A DNA stretch of 32,831 nucleotides from Polyangiaceae bacterium (lineage in GTDB: Bacteria; Myxococcota_A; Polyangia; Polyangiales; Polyangiaceae): NCBI GenBank assembly GCA_036522995.1, contig DATDEV010000219.1, positions 1 to 32,831 on the forward strand, read 5' to 3'. Position numbers and translations under genes: made by a program. Shown piece after piece: positions 25,551 through 32,831 of this stretch (within the stretch, counting starts at the first letter, position 1; every line of letters starts with the position of its first letter). The notes below the pieces were generated by a model that ran no database searches, was not told the DNA's origin, and saw only the letters and a program-made list of their open reading frames with translations.

Positions 25551-26787
25551 GGTAGCTCTCCGCCTTGCGTTGAATGAACTCTTCCCATTTGGGATCCTGG
25601 AAGGCATCGGCCACGGTGAAGATGTCCTTGTCACCGCGGCCCGACTGGTTGATCAGCACGATGTCGCTGCTGGGCAGCGTGCCGACTTCCTTGAAGGCTT
25701 GGGCGAAAGCGTGCGACGACTCGAGCGCCGGGATCAGACCTTCCTTGCGCATCGTGAGCTTGAGCGCTTCGATCACCTCGGCGTCGGTTGCGGCCTCGAA
25801 GCGCGCGCGCTTGGTTTCGTGGAAGTGCGCGAGGATCGGCGAAACGCCGACGTAGTCGAGCCCCGCGGCCACGCTGTGCGTCTCGTTCATCTGTCCGTCG
25901 TCGTTCTGCAAGAAGTAGGTTTTGTAGCCCTGCGCTACGCCCACCGAAGCGTCACGACTGGACAGGCGTGCGGCGTGACGCCGGGTGTCGACCCCGTCGC
26001 CTCCCGCTTCTACTCCCACCAGCTCGACGCCCGGATCCGATAAAAACCCGCTGAAAATGCCCATCGCGTTCGAGCCGCCGCCGACGCAAGCGTAGACGCG
26101 CTTGGGCAATTGTCCCGTGCGCTCGAGCAGCTGCCGGCGCGCCTCCTGACCGATGATGGACTGGAAGTACGTGACCATTTCGGGAAATGGGTGCGGACCG
26201 CAGGCGGTGCCGAGCACGTAGTGTGTGTCGTCCATGTTCGAAACCCAGTCGCGGAAGGCTTCGTTGATGGCGTCCTTGAGCGTGCGTGAGCCGTCGCGCA
26301 CCGGTACGACCGTGGCGCCCAGCCGCTCCATCCAGAACACGTTGGGGCGCTGTCGCTCGACGTCCAGCTCCCCCATGTAGATGGTGCACGAGAAGCCGAA
26401 CTTGGCGGCCATGGTCGCGGTGGCGACGCCATGCTGCCCGGCGCCAGTCTCGGCGATGACGCGCTTCTTGCCCATGCGCTTCACGAGCAAGCCTTGACCC
26501 ATCACGTTGTTCGCCTTGTGCGCGCCGGTGTGATTCAAGTCCTCGCGCTTGATGTAGATCTGCGCGCCGCCGAAGTGCTGGGTCAGGTTGTCGGCGTAGG
26601 TGAGCGGAGTCGGACGGCAGGAGTAGGTGCTCATCAGGTCCGAGTACTCGCGCCAGAAGGCCGGGTCGGCGCGGGCAGCCTCGAAAGCGCGGTTCAGCTC
26701 TTCGAAGGTGGCCTGCAGCGTTTCGGGCACGAAAGCGCCGCCAAAGCCCTGGAAATAGCCGCGTTCGGCACGAATCGAATCGGTCAT
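25543..26787 (-). CDS. trpB: Tryptophan synthase beta chain
   Basis: KREDLNHTGAHKANN (PLP lysine), AETGAGQHGVATA, CVGGGSNAMG, AGLDYVGV, SGRGDKD. Confidence 0.97.
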   Translation of the reverse strand: MTDSIRAERGYFQGFGGAFVPETLQATFEELNRAFEAARADPAFWREYSDLMSTYSCRPTPLTYADNLTQHFGGAQIYIKREDLNHTGAHKANNVMGQGLLVKRMGKKRVIAETGAGQHGVATATMAAKFGFSCTIYMGELDVERQRPNVFWMERLGATVVPVRDGSRTLKDAINEAFRDWVSNMDDTHYVLGTACGPHPFPEMVTYFQSIIGQEARRQLLERTGQLPKRVYACVGGGSNAMGIFSGFLSDPGVELVGVEAGGDGVDTRRHAARLSSRDASVGVAQGYKTYFLQNDDGQMNETHSVAAGLDYVGVSPILAHFHETKRARFEAATDAEVIEALKLTMRKEGLIPALESSHAFAQAFKEVGTLPSSDIVLINQSGRGDKDIFTVADAFQDPKWEEFIQRKAESYRA

Positions 26788-27515
26788 GATGGCACCTCGG
26801 TTCCTATCGTCTGCGAAAATACCAGCGCGTCCGTGCGGCAGTACAGCTCGCAGTAGATAGCGCGCGGCGCTGTGGGGAAGAATAGCGCGCGCTTGACCAA
26901 GAGCAGCGGTGTGCGCGCCGAAAGCTCGAGCAGGTGCTTCAGCTCGTCGTCGGGCAAGAGCGCACGAAAGCTTTGCTCGGCGTGCGTCGGCCTCATGTAA
27001 TAACGCTCCTCGACGACGCGCGACAGCGAGGCGCCTGCCAGCGCTAGCGTGTCGAAGCCCGGGAAGTGCTCGGGATCGAAGTACAGCCGCTCGAGCAGCA
27101 CCGGCTGATCGTCGACTCGCCCCAGTCGCGTGAGCACGTAGGCGGTACGCTGGGAAAACGGGTTGTCGGCGTCTTCCTCCACGCGGCGCGCGCTGACCTT
27201 GCCGATGAGCTTGGTGCTGAGCACCACCCCGCCTGCACGAAAGCTGGAGAGCGTGCCGCCGAGAGAGAGCAGATCCACTTTGCGCGGCTCGGCGCGTACG
27301 AACGTGCCGGCGCCGCGCCGTCGCTCGACCAGCCCGCGCTTCACGAGCAGCTCTGTCGCTTGCCGCACGGTGGGCCGCCCGATGCGATGCCGGCGCGATA
27401 GCTCCGGCTCGGACGGCAACTGAGCGCCCGCTGCCAGCGCGCCGCTCTCGATCTGACGGCTCAGCTGCTCGGCGAGCTGCTGATAAAGCGGCAGGGGCGA
27501 GGCGGGGTTCAGCAC
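26784..27515 (-). CDS. GntR-family regulator, HutC/UTRA subfamily
   Basis: PLYQQLAEQL...LPSEPELS...PTVRQA...RRRGAGTFV wHTH followed by a UTRA-like C-terminal domain. Stop overlaps the trpB ATG (ATGA). Confidence 0.93.
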   Translation of the reverse strand: MLNPASPLPLYQQLAEQLSRQIESGALAAGAQLPSEPELSRRHRIGRPTVRQATELLVKRGLVERRRGAGTFVRAEPRKVDLLSLGGTLSSFRAGGVVLSTKLIGKVSARRVEEDADNPFSQRTAYVLTRLGRVDDQPVLLERLYFDPEHFPGFDTLALAGASLSRVVEERYYMRPTHAEQSFRALLPDDELKHLLELSARTPLLLVKRALFFPTAPRAIYCELYCRTDALVFSQTIGTEVPS

Positions 27516-27521
27516 CCCGGT

Positions 27522-27550
27522 AGGCTCGCGCCGGGGTCGCGAGTTGTCAA
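27522..27550 (-). promoter_or_regulatory. Putative sigma70 promoter of the GntR-trpBA operon (possibly leaderless)
   Basis: Minus strand TTGACA-N17-GAGCCT, then 6 nt to the GTG start. The -10 is weak. Confidence 0.5.
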
Positions 27551-27557
27551 GACAACT
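27542..27557. promoter_or_regulatory. GntR/HutC-type operator palindrome
   Basis: AGTTGTC-AA-GACAACT, a perfect 7-bp inverted repeat resembling HutC-subfamily GT..AC operators. It covers the TTGACA -35. Confidence 0.75.
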
Positions 27558-27614
27558 TTACAATTGACCTGCCGGGAGTGATGCGATGGCAGGACTGGGC
27601 TACCCTGGTGGCTC

Positions 27615-28226
27615 ATGCGTAGCCGCTCGATCTCTGCGATAGCTGCCTCGCTCCTGCTGGCGCAGGCCTGCGGCGGAGGCGCTTTCCGCTCCAGCGACGG
27701 TCAGGGCGGCGCTGACGGAAACGCTGGCGTGGGTGGCTCCGGGCTTCCGACCACCGGCGGTAAGAACCAGGGAGGCTCGGGTGACGCCGGCAAGGCTGGC
27801 AGCGGCTCGTCCGCGGGCGGGGCGTCGCCGGGCGTCGCTGGCCACAGCACGAGTGCAGGAGAGGCTAGCGGCGGCGACAGCGGCGCGGCTGGCGGCAGCA
27901 CTGGTCCCGAATGCATGGTGGCTGCTGATTGCCGCGCTTCCACCAAGTGCAAGCGGGCCGTGTGCCAGGCAGGTGGCGTGTGCGTCGAAGAGAACCTGCC
28001 GAACGGCCCTTACTCCTTGCAGGTCAGCGGCGACTGCAAGCGCCTGGAGTGTAGCGACGGCAAGGAGGTCATCGTCATGGATCCCGCCGACGCCGACGAC
28101 GCGAACGAGTGCACGACCGACTCGTGCGTGGGTGGCAATGTCTTGCACACACCTCGACCAGGTCAGCCGTGCACCGCTGGCGGGAGCGGCATCTGCAGCA
28201 TGGCCGGCGCGTGCGAGCCCGCGTAG
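27615..28226 (+). CDS. Small Cys-rich lipoprotein
   Basis: Lipobox LLLAQA-C, long G/S linker, Cys-rich C-terminal domain including DDANECTTDSC. Confidence 0.8.
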   Translation: MRSRSISAIAASLLLAQACGGGAFRSSDGQGGADGNAGVGGSGLPTTGGKNQGGSGDAGKAGSGSSAGGASPGVAGHSTSAGEASGGDSGAAGGSTGPECMVAADCRASTKCKRAVCQAGGVCVEENLPNGPYSLQVSGDCKRLECSDGKEVIVMDPADADDANECTTDSCVGGNVLHTPRPGQPCTAGGSGICSMAGACEPA

Positions 28227-28305
28227 CCCTGACCGTGGCAACTTGGTAAAAAGCTCGGCACGACTCGACAACAGCCCCTGGAGTTGTCAGGTTTGAGCCA
28301 GGCTC

Positions 28306-28986
28306 ATGAAGGTCATTCTTTTTGGCGCCAGCGGCATGGTCGGCCAGGGGGCGCTGCGTGAGTGCCTGCTCGATGCGGAGGTCACGGCGGTGCTGGCCAT
28401 CGGGCGCAGCCCGAGCGGACAACGCCACCCCAAGCTCAAGGAGCTGCTGCAAGACGACGTGGGTGATTTGAGCATGCTCGATCACGAGCTGGGTGGGTAC
28501 GACGCATGCCTGTTCTGTTTGGGCGTCTCGGCCATCGGCCTGAGCGAGGCGGACTACCGGCGCGTCACCTACGATCTCACGTTGCGCATCGCGCAGACGC
28601 TCGAGCGCCTGAACCCGAAGATGACCTTCGTCTACGTCTCGGGCGGCGGTACCGACGCCACCGAGCGCGGGCTATCGATGTGGGCGCGCGTGAAGGGCGC
28701 GACCGAGAATGCGCTCCTGGCCATGCCGTTCGAGCGCGCCTACATGCTCCGGCCCGGCTTCATCCGGCCGCGTCACGGGGTCGTCTCCAAAACGCGCTGG
28801 TACCGCGCGCTCTACGCCTTCGTCGGTCCCGTTTACCCGATGCTGAAGCGTTTGTTCCCCAACCAGGTCACGACCACCGAGGAGCTGGGCGTGGCCATGC
28901 TGCGGCTGATCAAGGGCGGTTTCGGCAATCGCGTGCTGGAGAATCGCGACATCGTGGCCTTGGCCGACGGCCGACTTCACGCCTGA
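28306..28986 (+). CDS. NAD(P)-binding Rossmann-fold protein (atypical SDR/epimerase, TIP30-like)
   Basis: VILFGASGMVGQG, YDACLFCLG, WARVKGATENALL, LRPGFI. Confidence 0.9.
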   Translation: MKVILFGASGMVGQGALRECLLDAEVTAVLAIGRSPSGQRHPKLKELLQDDVGDLSMLDHELGGYDACLFCLGVSAIGLSEADYRRVTYDLTLRIAQTLERLNPKMTFVYVSGGGTDATERGLSMWARVKGATENALLAMPFERAYMLRPGFIRPRHGVVSKTRWYRALYAFVGPVYPMLKRLFPNQVTTTEELGVAMLRLIKGGFGNRVLENRDIVALADGRLHA

Positions 28987-29056
28987 CCACCCACTCCCAG
29001 TGTGGTTTTCGATAGATTTACTGATTTGAAAAGGTAGGTCCGGAAACTACAGCAGG

Positions 29057-30805
29057 ATGCGTGCTGCACGTTGGTTATGGGTCGCCGGTGTAGGTGTCCT
29101 CCTCACTTGGGCTCCCAGTGCTCAGGCGCAGCTCACGCAGCCTGCCGCGCCTGCCGACGTGCCGCAGCCGGTGAACATCCCGCGCCCGGTTTCGGCGCAG
29201 GAGATCATGGACGCAACCAACACCGTACCGGCCGTGCCGATGGCCGGGCAGTTCGTGTCGTTGCCGGCGCTGTTCCAATACCGCGGCGAGAACATCGACT
29301 ACCAGATGGACGCCAAGACCGAGCCGTCCACTTTCTCTCCCCTCTGCAGCTTTTCAGGCACGCTGGTGTTGCGCGGCGGTGGCTGCAAGCTGGCCTTCGG
29401 TTGGTACAACGCCGTCGCCAGCGGCGGCGCACCCCCACCCGCCAACGAGATCTACCCGCTCATCCCCAACGACGATCCGGTGGTGTACGGCGGTCCGGCC
29501 TTCACTCCGCTCGCCACCGACGGCCCCTGGACGCTCAAGACGTTCACGGCGGCCGACATTCGCAACGACGTCCGCTATTTGGGCGGCCAGATCGGTTTTG
29601 CACTGATCGGCGGCGCCCAGTGCACGCAGACGAAGTATTCGCAGCGTGAGCTGAACCAGAAGTGCACCAGCTGCACGCCGATGGAGCCTTTCATCACCAC
29701 GGTCGTCTACGAGGGCACGAAGGAGCCGAACTCGTATTACCTGGGTTTCGAGGACTTGCCCGTGTCGCCGACCGGCTTTTTGGCCAACAACGACGGCGAC
29801 TTCAACGACTTCGTGTTCTACATCACGGGTCTGGTCTGTAAGGGCGGCGGCGAGCCCTGCATGACCGGCAAGATGGGCGCCTGCGCGCTCGGCAAGACCG
29901 ACTGCAGCGAGAACGAGGAGCCGGGCCAGTGTCGCGACGTGGTCAAGCCGACCGACGAGCGCTGCGACAACGTCGACAACGACTGCGACGGCCAGGTCGA
30001 CGACGGCGACGAGCTGTGTCCAGTCGGCAAGGTGTGCGACCACGGCAGCTGCGTGCCGGCCTGCAACACCGGTGAGTTTCAGTGCCGCAAGCCGCTCGAG
30101 TGCGATCGCGGCTTCTGCCTCGACCCCAAGTGCATCGCCTTGCCGGAGCCGTGTGCCGAGGGCAAGGCCTGCCGCGCGGGCATCTGCGTGGGCGCTTGTG
30201 ATGGCGTCACCTGTCCAATCGGGCAAGAGTGCCAGCTCGGCGCGTGCGTCGACCTTTGCACCGGCGTCGTGTGCGAAGGCGAGCAGGTCTGCGAAAATGG
30301 CCTGTGCATGGCCAAGTGCGGCTGCCGCGGCTGCGGCGCCGGGCAGGCTTGCGCTCCGAGCGGCGAGTGCGTCGACACCGGGTGCGAGGGCCTGACCTGC
30401 ATGGCCGGCCAGGTTTGCGTGCAAGGCGCCTGCAAGGATGCGTGCGAAGGCGCCATGTGCCCTGGCGGCACGACCTGCGCGGGAGGCGTCTGCCCCCCGC
30501 CTCCGATCATGGACGACGTGGTCACCGGCGGTTCCGCCAATACCGCGGGCTCCCCGCCCATCCTGATTGACCGCGGCGGCACGGCCGGCACCGGCAGCGG
30601 CGGCACAGGCGTCATTCCCGGCACCGGGGGCAGCGGCGGCACGGGTGCCACCGGTAACGGCGCCGTCGTCAAAAAGGACGGCAGCACGGCCGGCTGCGCT
30701 TGCCGAGTTGGCAGTGACTCGTCGGGTTCGGGCACGCTTGCCTGGCTCAGCCTGGCGGGCGCAGCAGCGGTCTGGGCACGTCGTCGTCGTCGGCTCAGCG
30801 CCTGA
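29057..30805 (+). CDS. MYXO-CTERM-type surface protein with DUF4114-like segment and Cys-rich repeats
   Basis: Signal peptide (..PSAQA-Q), YLGFEDLP...DGDFNDFVF, CDNVDNDCDGQVDD motif, Cys-rich repeats, G/T linker, C-terminal GCACRVG...hydrophobic...RRRRR. Confidence 0.85.
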   Translation: MRAARWLWVAGVGVLLTWAPSAQAQLTQPAAPADVPQPVNIPRPVSAQEIMDATNTVPAVPMAGQFVSLPALFQYRGENIDYQMDAKTEPSTFSPLCSFSGTLVLRGGGCKLAFGWYNAVASGGAPPPANEIYPLIPNDDPVVYGGPAFTPLATDGPWTLKTFTAADIRNDVRYLGGQIGFALIGGAQCTQTKYSQRELNQKCTSCTPMEPFITTVVYEGTKEPNSYYLGFEDLPVSPTGFLANNDGDFNDFVFYITGLVCKGGGEPCMTGKMGACALGKTDCSENEEPGQCRDVVKPTDERCDNVDNDCDGQVDDGDELCPVGKVCDHGSCVPACNTGEFQCRKPLECDRGFCLDPKCIALPEPCAEGKACRAGICVGACDGVTCPIGQECQLGACVDLCTGVVCEGEQVCENGLCMAKCGCRGCGAGQACAPSGECVDTGCEGLTCMAGQVCVQGACKDACEGAMCPGGTTCAGGVCPPPPIMDDVVTGGSANTAGSPPILIDRGGTAGTGSGGTGVIPGTGGSGGTGATGNGAVVKKDGSTAGCACRVGSDSSGSGTLAWLSLAGAAAVWARRRRRLSA

Positions 30806-31712
30806 CGCGGTCTCCCCAGCGCTGCAGCAGCAGCTCCCACACCACGCGCACGCGGGGCACGTTGTGGAGCGCGCGGTGCGTGACCAGGTAAAGCTCGTCC
30901 TTGGGCCAGTCTTCGGCGGCCTCGCGCAGCGCCGGGGCCAGCTTGACCGGCACCAGCCCGTAGTGAGAGGCGCTCGGCTCCGGCACCAGGGCCACCCCGG
31001 CGCCGCTCCTGACTGCGGCGAGCTGCACCGTGAGGCTATCGGAGCGCACCACGGGCTCGACGCCCTTTGCGTGCTTGGCCAGCCAGCGCGCGGCGCCCAG
31101 CTGCGCCAACCGCTCGCCCCAGCTCACCCAGGGAGCTGCCCCGAAGTCGCGTAGCGTGCCCAGCCGGCGCGCCAGCTTGGGTGCCGCCACCAGCACCCAG
31201 CGCGCGCTGGTGAGGCGTGTCATCACCAGATCCCCGCTGGTGGGGCGCACCACTCGCAAGGCGAGGTCCGCCTCGCGCCGCGTGAGATCACGCACCGCTT
31301 CCCCCGCGTCGAGCGTGACGCGCAGCGCTGGGTGCCGGGCTAGGAGCTCACTGAGCAGCGGCGCGATCACGACCTCGGCCACGTCGGGCGGGCAGGTGAT
31401 GCGCACGATGCCGGCCGCCTCGCGCTCCAGGCCCTCGGCCTGGTTGGTGAAGCGCGCCATGCTCTGCTCGATCTCTTCGGCGACGGGCATCAGCGCTTCG
31501 GCCGCCTCGGTCGGCGCGATGCCGTCGCGCCCGCGATCGAACAGCGACGTGGCCAGCACCTCCTCGAGCGTGGCCAGTCGGCGCGACACCGTGGAGGCGT
31601 CAACTCGCAGCGACAGCGCCGCGCCGCCCACCGTGCGACTGCGGCACAGCGCCAGAAACAGCTTCACGTCGTCCCAAGCCAGCCGCTCCGCCTCGATCGC
31701 CCGGGTATGCAT
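30795..31712 (-). CDS. LysR-family transcriptional regulator
   Basis: WDDVKLFLAL...GAALSLRVDASTVSRRLATLEE HTH and DLTRREADLALR. Overlaps the convergent gene by 11 nt. Start at MHTRA inferred. Confidence 0.92.
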   Translation of the reverse strand: MHTRAIEAERLAWDDVKLFLALCRSRTVGGAALSLRVDASTVSRRLATLEEVLATSLFDRGRDGIAPTEAAEALMPVAEEIEQSMARFTNQAEGLEREAAGIVRITCPPDVAEVVIAPLLSELLARHPALRVTLDAGEAVRDLTRREADLALRVVRPTSGDLVMTRLTSARWVLVAAPKLARRLGTLRDFGAAPWVSWGERLAQLGAARWLAKHAKGVEPVVRSDSLTVQLAAVRSGAGVALVPEPSASHYGLVPVKLAPALREAAEDWPKDELYLVTHRALHNVPRVRVVWELLLQRWGDRVRR

Positions 31713-31723
31713 TTTTGCAATAC
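31705..31723. promoter_or_regulatory. Probable LysR binding site overlapping the LysR start
   Basis: GTATGCA-TTTT-TGCAATAC, an imperfect dyad containing T-N11-A, in the divergent region. Confidence 0.55.
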
Positions 31724-31779
31724 TAAGCTGATTTGTTGGGTCTAGCGATGCAGCAGTGCACGGCCCCATGCTCGTGACC

Positions 31780-32361
31780 ATGATTCCTCGACTGATTTCG
31801 CTGGTAACGCTGCTGGCCGCGCTCGGCTCGGGCGTGATCGGCGGCGTCTTCTTCGCATTCAGCAGCTTCGTTTTGCCCGCCCTGGTGCGCCTGCCAGGGC
31901 TGCAGGGCCTGGCGGCGATGCAGTCCATCAACGTGGTGGTGTTGAATCGTTCGTTCCTCGGCAGCTTCGTCGGCACCGCCCTGGCGTGCGCGGTGCTGGT
32001 GGTCGACGCGCTGATGCGCTGCTCGGCGCCGGGCGCGAAGCTGCGGCTGGCCGGCGCCCTGGCCTACCTGATCGGCAGCCTGCTGGTGACCGGGGCGCTC
32101 AACGTGCCGTGGAACGACGTGCTCGCCGCCACTCAACCGCATGAGCGCGACGCCGCGCGCAGCTGGGCGCGCTTCGTGTCGGGCTGGAGCCTGTGGAATC
32201 ACGTGCGCACCACTGCGTCGATCGCGGCGGCGGTGCTGCTGATGCTAGCTGCGAGCGGCTGCTCTCGCTACCGGGAATGCTCGCCGCCACCGGCGGCGCA
32301 GCTCGGTCAGCTGCCGGAGCGATCCAAGGTAGCAGGGAGTACGGGCTCCTCGACCCGGTAA
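31780..32361 (+). CDS. DUF1772 / anthrone oxygenase family membrane protein
   Basis: GVFFAFSSFVLPAL, AAMQSINVVV, NVPWNDVLA, WSLWNHVRT. Alternative starts at 31756 and 31768. Has a hydrophilic C-terminal extension. Confidence 0.88.
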   Translation: MIPRLISLVTLLAALGSGVIGGVFFAFSSFVLPALVRLPGLQGLAAMQSINVVVLNRSFLGSFVGTALACAVLVVDALMRCSAPGAKLRLAGALAYLIGSLLVTGALNVPWNDVLAATQPHERDAARSWARFVSGWSLWNHVRTTASIAAAVLLMLAASGCSRYRECSPPPAAQLGQLPERSKVAGSTGSSTR

Positions 32362-32471
32362 CGCTGCTGGTGCCCCCCCGGCGGCGAGCTCGCGGTGGTG
32401 CCGCCGGCGCAGCGCCCTGAGCGGTTGAAACGGCGGCGACCCTGCAGCAACAGCCGGGCGCGCGGCCGCGC

Positions 32472-32500
32472 TTGACGAAAGCGCCCCCGCAAGCCAGTCT
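32472..32500 (+). promoter_or_regulatory. Putative sigma70 promoter of the tRNA
   Basis: TTGACG-N17-CAGTCT followed by a GC-rich discriminator, ending 12 nt before the tRNA. Confidence 0.55.
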
Positions 32501-32512
32501 CCGCCGCTCTCC

Positions 32513-32586
32513 GCACCCCTAGCTCAGCTGGATAGAGCATCGGACTTCGAATCCGAGGGTCGTAGGTTCGAATCCTACGGGGTGCG
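32513..32586 (+). tRNA. tRNA-Arg (anticodon TCG)
   Basis: Cloverleaf: acceptor GCACCCC/GGGGTGC, D stem GCTC/GAGC with A20, anticodon stem TCGGA/TCCGA with loop CT-TCG-AA, T stem GTAGG/CCTAC with TTCGAAT. CCA is not encoded (followed by CCG). Confidence 0.96.
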
Positions 32587-32831
32587 CCGAAAAGATGCTG
32601 GATGGGGGTTTGGCCCTCAGGGATTTTGGCACAGCCGGCGCCTTAAATAGTTTTGGCATCGCGGCCTCGGGAATCTCGAGCACCTCCGTGATGCGCACGT
32701 AGCGCATGTGCGTGGAAGCGTTGCGGTGACCGGCCAGCGCCATGGCCTGCTGAACGTTCATGCCTGAGCTCGCCAGGCCCGTGGCGAAGGCGCGGCGGAA
32801 GCTGTGGAAGTCGAGCGGCTTGAAGTCCTCC
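32519..32831 (-). CDS. Tyrosine recombinase/integrase, C-terminal part (5' end outside the window)
   Basis: Frame open from the window edge: EDFKPLDFHSFRRAFATGL...QAMALAGHRNASTHMRY, showing HxxR, GH and the catalytic Y. Stop TAG at 32521-32519 lies inside the tRNA (antisense). Confidence 0.9.
   Translation of the reverse strand, partial: EDFKPLDFHSFRRAFATGLASSGMNVQQAMALAGHRNASTHMRYVRITEVLEIPEAAMPKLFKAPAVPKSLRAKPPSSIFSAHPVGFEPTTLGFEVRCSIQLS
32587..32831. mobile_element. Left edge of a prophage/integrative element inserted at tRNA-Arg
   Basis: Integrase directly abuts and overlaps the tRNA 3' end. The second att copy is not within the window. Confidence 0.7.

Noticed and set aside
27516-27614. 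Trp attenuator leader peptide or T-box upstream of the trpBA operon
   Set aside because: No short Trp-codon ORF, T-box motif or U-tailed terminator seen.
29057-30805. Calling this gene traA
   Set aside because: No adjacent traB/OmpA gene, and no TraA-specific sequence that I can recognise.
32307-32540. 77-aa minus-strand ORF overlapping the tRNA promoter
   Set aside because: Starts inside the tRNA antisense strand and has no recognisable motif.

Overview
High-GC bacterial chromosomal window, most likely from a myxobacterium of the Polyangiaceae/Sorangium type. This is inferred from the MYXO-CTERM-like protein, the Myxococcus-type Cys repeats and the large kinase-TPR protein. Left part (+ strand): a 1399-aa lipoprotein with 24 Cys-rich repeats around a fibro-slime (PA14-like) domain, a B12-binding radical SAM/TPR protein, a putative outer-membrane beta-barrel / ECF sigma / membrane anti-sigma / beta-helix lipoprotein cluster, and a GST. 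Middle: an M66-like zinc metalloprotease lipoprotein, a ~1770-aa pseudokinase-TPR protein, purL, a MetR-like LysR/GST divergon and a GntR(UTRA)-trpB-trpA operon with a clear operator palindrome. Right part: a Cys-rich lipoprotein, an NAD(P)-binding protein, a MYXO-CTERM Cys-rich surface protein, a LysR/DUF1772 divergon and tRNA-Arg(TCG). The window ends in the 3' part of a tyrosine integrase whose reading frame runs antisense through the tRNA, marking the edge of an integrated element. No CRISPR array or rRNA was seen. All family assignments come from motif recognition by eye, not database searches.
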